Assembly: GCA_905178155.1 (NCBI GenBank)
Contig: CAJINV010000009.1
Location: 3,785,556 to 3,849,555 of the forward strand
DNA: 64,000 nucleotides
Direction: 5' to 3'
From: Amoebophrya sp. A120
Taxonomy: Eukaryota; Protista; Dinoflagellata
The notes beneath the pieces are model-generated. The model saw only the letters and a list, made by a program, of their open reading frames with translations, was not told the origin of the DNA and did no database searches. Shown piece by piece: positions 49,162 through 58,689 of the stretch. The stretch's first letter is position 1; each line of letters starts with the position of its first letter. Both the position numbers and the translations under genes were made by a program.

Positions 49162-51979
49162 ATGGCACCCTCGGGTCGTAAGATCGCCCCTGAGCGCGGG
49201 CTTAAGCGTCAAATGACGACAAATGAGTTGCTCCGGAACCCTGAGGCGCTTACCGAGCTCGCGAGACGGGGCGCCATCAAGGTCGTGAAACAGCCACGAC
49301 CTACCGTCCCGTGGAAGGCCGCCGCGGTCCGCAAGAAGGGGAAAAAAGGAGGGTCCTCCTTCATGAAAGCGCTGGGCTTATCCAGCTCCTCTCAAGAGGG
49401 CCAGCAGCCAACGCAGGAGGAGGACGAGGAGGAGGAAGCCGCGAAGAGGGAAGCCGCGGAGACCATGGAGAAGAGCAGGAAAAAATTTTACTGCGTCCGG
49501 ACGGTTGTCCCGTTCGTCTTCTTCGCAATAGGGCTGACTTTGTTGCTCTACTTTCTTGCCATGTTGTATCCATAGTAAATTTCCTGTACACGTACAAAGC
49601 GCCTGCTTTTCTACCTTTAAAAAATGGCGCAAAAAAATCACAATCCAAAAAATTTGAAACCATACATGACTATACGCACACAAAAGCATGCACCTACATC
49701 CGAGATGGCAGCGAAGGTCCTATGCTGGTGCTACGTGTAGCCAATTTAGCTAGCTAGAGACTCTGCCAGGCTCCACGCGGGATCCATGTACCCACCACCA
49801 CGGGCAGCATGTCCGGGCGGTGTTGTTTGTTTTCCCAAGAGGAGGCGATCGCGGCCGAACAGCCAAGCCCGACGCTGTCGGCGCGATTACACATCGCAGC
49901 AGTTCCCACCTTCAGGCCCATACTTTTGCCTTCTTCGTCTTTCCGGGCGTTAAAAGTGGAACCACGCACCGCTAATCCATCGCGGGCGTCTGAGTAAATC
50001 CATCCGAACCACATCAGGGGCCTCCGACTTCGGAGTGGCCTGCTGGCTCTCATACGGCCTGGCCCGTAAATGTTTCAAAGCCGGGACCGCTACTGGGCCG
50101 ATTGTCTTCGTCCAGATTGCTGCTTCCATGTCCCCGCGTCACCTGGTTGCGACATGCGGCAAGAGGGATGGGCCTGCGGCATTGTGTTTTCAAATGAGGG
50201 CTGGTTGGAGAGGGATGGTCGGAGAGGGTTGGTCGGAGAGGGTTGGTTGGAGAGGGTTGGCAGATATTTTTTTTTCGAGCTGTTGGCAGTATTCAAACGA
50301 CGTCAGAATCACGCACGTGATTTGTGTACAGTAGATTTAATCTGCATGGTATGGTCAATTGGATGCTGCTCCTGTACACCACTTTCTAAAAGAAAACTGG
50401 TGTACAGGAGCATGCTTCGCTTCACCATACCATGCGGGAAAAATCTACTGTACAGAAACAAGTCGCGTGATTTCGGCGGTCTGAAAGCTAGAAGTTGAGC
50501 CCTGAAAAAATGTTTTTGCAGAACTCGCGAGCATTTTTTTCGCAAGAAAATGTCGCGGCTTTTTCTCGCTGGCGACGATCTCCGCGCCGGAGATCTCGCC
50601 GCGCGGGTTGTGAAGCCGATCAGCCCAAGTGAAAAACTGTTTCCGTGCGTGAACGCTACAAAAGGCCAAAACTAGCCATCGCATCGAGTTGGAAATTAGG
50701 GTTGCCAGCTTGCCCAAATGCATTAGCGGCTGCTTTCAAAAAGTCGGAAACCAAATCAAACACAGCCGCCCACTGACTAGTCTCTCACCTAAAACGCAAC
50801 TGCCTAAGTTCATCAATCGGCCGGGCAGGCTCATTGTTGTATCCTCCTCGGTGTGTCTTCTGTCACATGTCCCCGCCCAGAAATACGCGCAATGCGGCGC
50901 AGGGTCGGCACACCTTGGCGCCCTTGTCCCGAAATTTAATAGCGATGCATGTTGTGCCGCGGTCGCTATGAGTCGAGGGGGCGACAGGCGAAGGCTTTCC
51001 GGGAAGAATTTTAAAGACGCTAGCTGGTTAGAGAAAGCTACTGCAGCGCCGTGAGTCCGGATCTCACTAGCGATACCATTCCGGGTAGATATATTCACTC
51101 GGCAGCACCCAAAAAGGCAGCATTTTTTTTTTTTTCGAAGCCGCGTTTCTTTTCAATTTTGCATGACAAAAAGTGGTGATTTGTACGTGTACAGGAAATT
51201 TACTATGGATATGTTGATCAACGTGGTGAACCGGGAAGACGGGCAATGCACTACCATCCGGTTTAAACGCGGAAAGGACTGCAAGGACTGCGCGTTTGAA
51301 ATCAAGGTCGACGGCGTGGAGAAGTCCGGTTTCATCAACGTCAGATTCGATGCGGACGGAGCGCCCGAAATTTCCGCGTACGAAAAGTGCGGAACGACGG
51401 ACTGCTGCGCGTTCCGCACGAGTTTCGATCCGGACACGGGAGATTCCACCTTCTGTGACGACGCTCCCTGGGACTGCAACTACCGACTGGCCACCGGGAA
51501 CATGCCACAGGATTTGGAAGAGGGGCAACTAGTGGTGCGGATGGTGCCATTGTACATCGGCTTGATCTTTCTCTTCCTCTTCTGGCCGTCGATTTCCATC
51601 TGGAACATGATTCAAGACAACAAGTACATGCAACGATTGCAATATGGAGAGAAAAAAGGTTGTCACAGTTGTCGCTAACTTGCAGGTTTTGCATTACAAA
51701 TTTTCTCAGCATCACAAACTTTCCTTGTATTGCAGAAACATCACTAGGGAAATCCCTAATGAAGTTTGGCTGTGATGCATTTTTACGCATGACAAACAAT
51801 TTTGTATTGCAAGAATGCGCATGAGTGATCGCGACGAACTTTTTTTCTTTGATATGCAAGCAAACTTGGAGAAACGAACAAGTTTCGGGCAGAACAACCC
51901 AGACGCTGGGCATCACGGGCGAACGACGGGGAGTCGGAGCGGAAGCCGAGGCGGAAACCGACCGATTGAGAACGTGTGA
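49162..51979 (+). CDS. Hypothetical two-TM protein with Cys-rich loop
   Basis: Exons 49162-49566, 51217-51642 and 51860-51979 join in frame. TM1 VVPFVFFAIGLTLLLYFLAMLI, TM2 MVPLYIGLIFLFLFWPSISIW, with 8 Cys between them. Confidence 0.8.
49567..51211. mobile_element. Long-form introner family H, 1645 bp
   Basis: Perfect 32-bp TIR TATCCATAGTAAATTTCCTGTACACGTACAAA; DR TGTTG/TGTTG; removing 1650 nt restores frame. Confidence 0.92.
51643..51854. mobile_element. Introner, family E-like
   Basis: 212 bp; DR TGCAA/TGCAA; interior resembles the reverse complement of 28816-29020. Confidence 0.85.
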
Positions 51980-53548
51980 TGCTAGAATTGCATCAGGTTG
52001 TCAGAATTTGTTTCATCCAAAAGTTGTAGTGCTGAGTTTTAGCGGATCATGCGGGTTTTGGTTTATTGTTAGAAGCGGAGGAATTTTTTTCTTACAAAGT
52101 CTAAGTCAGTGAAATGAAAATTTTGTTTGTTTGTCGATTACACGAATTTAGGAGTCCAACTTCGGTTGGAGAACCAAGAGCGCTTTAAGTTTTAACATGA
52201 TTACAAATGCATATTTTTTTTTCAGATTATTCTTAACATGATTACTTTACAGTACAGTTTTGCAGTTTCAATTTTCACAACAACTGCGCATTTCGAATTC
52301 AGAAAGTCATTTTTAAGGTCCTCTCGGATACCCTTCGTGAGAGACATTCTTTTTCTTCTAAGAAATCGCCGACCCTTAAGACAGAACCCCGACTCTCAAC
52401 CCAAGTACGCAAGACGAGTTTATTCCCCTCATGTCTAACATAATTCAGTAGAGCAGTCCCCCCCAAATTTGATTCGGTACTAGCAGAGGCAGAGATGGTA
52501 TCCCACCTGCTAGGTTGACCGATCATATTGCAGAGGTGGAAGTGGCGAAAGGCGGTGTAGAGTGTGTGGTGGACTATATCTGATTTACATCACGTTGCAG
52601 CTGCAGGAGCAAGGACCGCCACACTTAGCACGAGTACTTAGCAAGCAAAGTTAGCGCATTACACGATCAGACAAGTACAAAATCGCAACTTTTCTTTCAG
52701 GAGGAGCCACGATTACGATTAGAAACTCAAAGTTTCCTCCGAACTTCGACGAGATCCCTTCACCTATGGAAACATGAAAACAAAAATCCACAAGAAGAAC
52801 AAACGCCACCTTCCTCAGTACCGATCTTCGTCCCCAGAAGATGTTAAAATCGCAAAAAAATATGTCTAAGAAGAGTGAGCGGCGAACAACAAGCCCTACT
52901 CAAATGATCGCACAACATCGATCTTCAAAATTTTGCAAGCGTGTTCCCCCGGAGATGAAAGCAAGGTCAAATTTAAAGCGAGCTTCGAAAAGATTTCAAA
53001 TGGTTTTGCAGCTTCTTTGCGTCAAGATCTTTTCACTCATTTTAGTGCGTGATCTGCTAATTTACTTACAAGAATAAGCGATGAAAAAACTTTGCTCACA
53101 AATTGCAAATGCAAAAGCGCCTGGAAGAACAAGAAGCAAGGTAGAGACCTATCTTTCACCAGAATGTACTTCTAGCAGATTTCTAGCGGCGGGCGGTCTA
53201 CGTGCTTTTCCTTTTTCTCCTGTTCCTGCAACCTAGGATTTGGTTGCTGACCGCTTCTGAAGAAAGTGAAGGGACGACAGTAGTTCACATCTGATACTCG
53301 CTTTGGCTTTGCGTTTCCAAACATATTGCAGGCTTCAACATTTTTCTTGTTTCATTTTCTCGAACAACAGTTCACCAGCGACATAAAAATTAAAACAACG
53401 AGTACATGTACAACCTCGACCGCACAGTAAAGCTAAAACTAGCGACCAAGTGAAGATGAAAATGCTATTATCTTCCTCGTCTTCGTGATAAGAATTTTGA
53501 CTAGTCAAGAATTCTAGTGCAAGAAAGTAGAGCAGAAAGACAAGCCCA

Positions 53549-56500
53549 ATGCTTCCCAGCTCTATTGGGCAGCTGTCCTTCGGGGCAGCTGCGAACAGCA
53601 ACCAGAACAGAACGTCACCCAATGTTCCTTCATCCGCATCAAATAACAAGTCCTCAGCCGACGATGAAACCGCGTTCGCACTGGAGTTACTCGCCCAGGC
53701 GGAAGGAGCCGGCACTGCCGCCCCCGCAGCCGACATTGACTTGGCAGCGTTGCTTTCATCCATCGGCGCCTCCAGTCCAGTGGAAGACGTCGCAGCACCA
53801 GGAGCAGCTGGAGCTGGAGCTGGAGCTGCGCCGCATCCTTTGAAAACCACCAGCAATGGCGACCTCGCGGCTTCCGCTGCGCCCTCAAAGCCAGCGTCAA
53901 GCCCCAACGTGGACGACACCGCCGGGTTGACGATCCAAACGATGGCAGCGCCGGCTGGGGGACTGCGAAATTTGAATTCCGTTTCCGCCGACGGGTTAGT
54001 ACCGGGAGGCGGGGGGCTCAGTAGTGACAATTTGATGAAGGTGAGCAGTATGCAAAGTGGAGATTTTTCACAACAGCAGCATCAACAACAGCAAGGTGGA
54101 TCAAATTCCAAACAGCCCTCAGTTGCAGGCGGGAATATTAAAATGTCCGGGGGCACCTCCGGAGGAGCAGAAAATAATGCAGGAGCTGCTTCCTCCTCTA
54201 CTGCAAATAACAAAGCCGGCAACGCAACGTCTTCCTCCGGACCATCAAATGCGACCGTGAACAATAAGCACAGCAAGAAGACCATCAGGATTTTGAATGC
54301 GGGGGATAACGTGACAAAACGCATGGAGACGATGAAACGCTACTTAAATTTCCTCGTCGACGCCGCCCGGGACATGTTCCACATCTACTCGAAAAAGTAC
54401 ATCGACGAGGGGTTAGGAAGACCAGAAGTGCAGGAGGATATATCAAATGTAAAAATGTCTGGGTCTGGAAGGTTGGAACTTGTGACGCAGACTCTGGAAC
54501 ACACAAAAACTTGTGTTGCATGAGCGGCAAAAGCTGTCCATTTCTTGGCACGCAAGTAGGAAGTTTCTCATGCGGGACAGGCATCATGAGGCGTGCTCAA
54601 AACCTGTGATGCTTTTGCCTGCATCAGACGCCACTTGCGTGATCCGAAATATGCATGACAAATCTCAGAATCTTCCAGACCCAGACATTTTTACATTTGA
54701 TAAGATGCGATCCTGTACAACCAGAAGCTTTCCAACTGGATAAAACCCGAGGACATGAAAGAGCGGGACCAAATAATACGAGAATTGTGCTCCTCTGGGT
54801 ACAGAGAGGTTTTGTGTGAGGTCGCGGATCAGGAGATCATCGAAAGATTTCTCGACCTATTCCGGGAGGACCGGCCGGGCGGGATTCCCTTTCACCTGCA
54901 GAATGGGCAGTATACTCCGGAAATGATGAGGCAGTGGAATGCTACATCAGAGAGCAATAAAACCGCGGAGTTGCTACTGGATAAATCCTTTTTCCGGATC
55001 TTCTTGACAGAACACCAGAAGCGGGATTTTTTCGTGTTATACGGGTTGAACTTATTCCAGGATTTCGGCATGCACCGGCAATACGGCAGGGTAGGATTGC
55101 AGGCGGCGTTAGGGCAACTGGACGCACTGCAGATGTCAACGGATTTGGGGATTGCCAGTCCGAATAGTCCAGCTTTGTCAGACGACACGGAAATGTCAGG
55201 CGGGGAGGAAGAAACGGCGAGAATCAGGCAACAGCAAAGACAGAACAATAACCAGAACGCGAATGCCGGGAACAACGGCATATTCCAACAACTACAGCAC
55301 GACAGTCTGAACACGAAATTACTCCCTCCTGAGGAAGAGTCCCTCGGCGTCCCAGTTCCCGCGGTTGTGGTCGACGGGATGCCAAAAACGATCAATATTT
55401 TCCCGGAGGGCCACGTTTTTAACCCGACGGCTGACGAGAGGAAAGCAGCCGACCAGGTGGTGCAAGCGACAGAAACACTGATTGACAACATTCTTTTTGT
55501 CGATTCCGTCGAGTTCGAGCAGGAAGTTTCCAAGAAACTCGGGCAGGAGAAGGTGCAGCACGCAATTCGGAGATGTATCCACAGAAAAAAACCCATCCAC
55601 ATCCATTTTTTGCATGACAAGCACAGAACTTTATTGATTGGCGGCTAGTTAGTTCCTTTTCGTTGTATTTCCATTCTTTTGTCATGCAGTTTCTCTTGGC
55701 CTTTATTTGGGCTGGTGTTGAGTCTCCAGGGACTATCAACGGCTATTGTCTAAGCTTCTTTCCGCCGCTCCTGGTTTTGTATGTTTTTCTGCTGCCACCA
55801 CATCAGACTACTGGCGCGCCCTCACATACGAGAGCTAATAGATTTACTTGATGTTCACGCTACTTCTGTAGCCTTCTCCGACGTCGTTTGTTTCGGTTGT
55901 GAGTGTCCGGACCTCTGAGTGAGCTCTTATGTGCTTGTGACCAGTAGCTGTGCGATATACTGAATAGAGTTTCTAATGCTTATAAGACTAAAAGCTTATA
56001 CATACAATAACCGCGTATTTTTCGCGTGGTTGTTCATGGTGGAGCCGGCGCCTGTACCCATGAACAGCCATCTAAGACGCGGAAAATAGCGAGCACTCTA
56101 CTTCGGTTTCCCTAGTTGACACATGGTGCCTGGTTTTCCTCTTCCCCACCTGCTGCCATTACTTCGGTGGTATCGGCTTCGTCCGATCTTGTTTGTATTT
56201 ACCGACGTTTCTGGCATTTTGTATGTCGGGTCGTTGACCCTTTGGGAATGAAAACTAGGCTTGTGCGCCTGTATTTGCACTCCATGTTCAGCTCTCGCTT
56301 GTATGATTTGCATTTACATGCTACTTCTTAGGGTAGCAAGGGAAATTAGAATAGAGACGGTACAGGCAGAAGTGGTTTTGACCGGTCTAGTTTTAGAGTT
56401 ACCTATGCGCGCTAAAGAGTTTTAGTTTATCTTTTCACTTATCATTTTTGGGACAATCTTTTTATACTGGGCTATTCCATTCTTTCCCATCCTGGATCAC

Positions 56501-58269
56501 GAAGCTGTAGCAGCTTGGCCACATTTGTCATGCAGTTTTTCGTTTTGGTCATACTCTCTGGTTTTTTCCTCTCGTGGCAATTTGTACCTGGTGTCCCTGT
56601 TTGTCATGCAAATCCTACCATCTACGCTGTTTCTGGCCTCTTGCATGTTGGTCCTTGGACGTTGGTGCCACGATCGCAACTCCTTTTCCAGGACCTTAGT
56701 TTCCCGCCTGCTACAACCTCGTGCTTCCACTTTTTTGGATGGTGTTTTTACTGGGGGTAGAGCTGTGTCATAGTTCCTACTTCAAACCCTTTTACTTTTT
56801 ATTTTGGTTCCCTCGGTGCTGAGACAGGGAGTTTGCACAGAGTTATTTCTACCTAGATAACAACCAACTCACGTCGCAGCCGTCCCAGGAGTTTCGATTG
56901 TTGTCTCTCGGTAGAAATCACGCCGTTCAAATATTTCTGTTTTGGAGTTTACTGGGTACGCGGTTAAGCTTGTCTTTCGATAGAAGTCGCGTTGTCCAAT
57001 AATTTCTTCTAGAGTTTACCGGGTAAGAAGTTTACCGGGTTTACCGGGTCGCACAGCAATGTGAATCCGATTTGCTTGCTGCTGCTATGTATGTTTTGTA
57101 TGACATCGCGGTGCCACCTTTAGCATGGCTTCGCCTTTATTCGTAAAAATGTATGTGTGGCGATTTGTATCAGTCTCTGCCCTTCGTTACTGCTGCACTT
57201 CCTTCGTAAATTCCTGCTGTCTCGTAAATGGAGCTAGATCGCAAATTCGTGCGCTCCTCATTCTGAAAAATTGGATCTTCCCGGCCTTCCCCTCGTGCCC
57301 ACGTAGATGTAGGTCTCTACCCTTTTACTTCCTCCGTGTCGTGTAGTTTTGTCTTGTTTCTTGCCTCATCCTTGTAGCGCTAGATCGCGGATCCCGCTTC
57401 CTCGCAGGGGCAGCTGTTTTTTTTCCGTCTTGCCAGCGGAGCTGTGGAGGGGTTGGGGTTGCAGCTGCGGCTGCTTGCTTGTAGATTTATTGTGGTTCGA
57501 GTACGTTATAGGAAAGGGCGTTTATTTTGGTATGTGGGCGTTCCTGATATTGCCGCTCGGGCTTATCCGTATCGCTACATGTATCTCTGACCTTTTATTG
57601 GTTTTAAAAAAAGTAACCAGGCCCTCTTTGCGATCTCCGGTGAAGAACTATAGCGCGCAATTCCTAACTTAGTCCCTGGCTCGGTCTGCTAATCCGGGTA
57701 AGTAGCAACATCGTCGCGCTTCTTCACTAAATCGCTTACTGGTGCCTGCCCGCTCGGGGAATAATTACATAAACGGCTGCCGCTTGTGGTGGTCAGAGGC
57801 GTTCGAGTCTACCTAGTCCCTAGCTGCGCGCTACTCTTTTAGTTCGTGCGGGCTCCAGGTGCTGCGATCACCGGCAGGAGCATAACAACAGCGAGCATAA
57901 GGACGTTAGATTTTTGATTGCTTTACATTACAAGACCGGCGCTTTTTGCATCGGCCCGCCGAAGCTTTGCGTGCGGGTTCAGCAGTCTTCTTTCTCGCGA
58001 AAAAGGTGAGTCTCCTGACCCTTCTGGTCGTCACCATTCCGCCGGTGTCTGTGCTCTCGGGCGCGTCACCCACCTCAGGACCTCAGGTTAAGAGTTTGTC
58101 GACGTAATTTACAAAGGGACGCCCTGCCCTTAGTTTCCCAACATGACAAGCACAGAACTTTATGTATGTTTTGCATGACAAATTGGATGTGGATGGGTGT
58201 TTTTTCCTGGATAAGATGTTCTGACTTCGCAAAGCGACAGTTTTACAACTTCTGCTTCGACCGGTGTGT
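53549..58269 (+). CDS. Hypothetical protein, 3'-partial (continues beyond the window)
   Basis: Exons 53549-54440, 54708-55575 and 58219-58269 join in frame (EVQED|AILYNQ, IRRC|SDFAKRQFYNFCFDRCV). The next introner opens at 58270 and does not close in the window. Confidence 0.75.
54441..54702. mobile_element. Introner family C, near-identical inverted copy of 43099-43361
   Basis: 262 bp; DR GGATA/AGATG; frame restored. Confidence 0.92.
55576..58213. mobile_element. Introner family F expanded to 2638 bp by a nested insertion
   Basis: Ends TATCCACAGAAAAAAACCCATCCACATCCA / TGGATGTGGATGGGTGTTTTTTCCTGGATA; DR AGATG/AGATG; removing 2643 nt restores frame. Confidence 0.9.
55635..58141. mobile_element. 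Nested 2.5-kb insertion with 22-bp target-site duplication (possible decayed non-LTR retroelement)
   Basis: CATGACAAGCACAGAACTTTAT occurs at 55613-55634 and 58142-58163; no TIRs or LTRs seen; strong strand skew (minus strand A-rich); no intact long ORF. Confidence 0.75.
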
Positions 58270-58462
58270 TATCAAATGCAAAATTGTCTGGGTCTGGAAA
58301 CTTGTGATGCTGGGTGGCGTATCGTGATGAAGCCACAAGTGCTGGCTCAGCATGACAAGTTTCTGAGCCTGCTCTAGGTGATGCCTATTCTGCATGACAA
58401 AGACAAACTGCGTCTCTGCATGACAGAGAAGTGGAGCTCTTGGGTAACGTGCATGACAAACA
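58270..58462. mobile_element. Introner family C, left portion only, interrupted
   Basis: Colinear with 47678-47929 up to GCATGACAAACA, then switches abruptly to GC-rich sequence; left flank TGTGT. Confidence 0.85.
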
Positions 58463-58689
58463 AGGTCCGAGCGTGGGGACAGGGTCCCCACGCGGGCCCT
58501 TGGCTTCGGTTTCGGCCTGGGGCTTCGTTCGGCCCGGGCCTTTGGCTTGGGGTTTCGGCTTGGGGTTTCGGCTTCAGGCGACGGCGACAGACAGGCGACG
58601 GAGGTGGACTGTGGTGCGCCTTGTGCAGAACTGCCACCGCCCCAGAGGCGCGGAACGAGCTCTGCGAAGTTCGCGCAACAAATCTGGAC

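Noticed and set aside
6000-58462. Recurrent peptides in the ORF track (KCKNVWVWK, FQTQTFLHLI, PDPDIF, YELQKYR) suggesting a repeated protein domain
   Set aside because: They are translations of introner TIRs, appear in any frame and strand, and interrupt conserved proteins.
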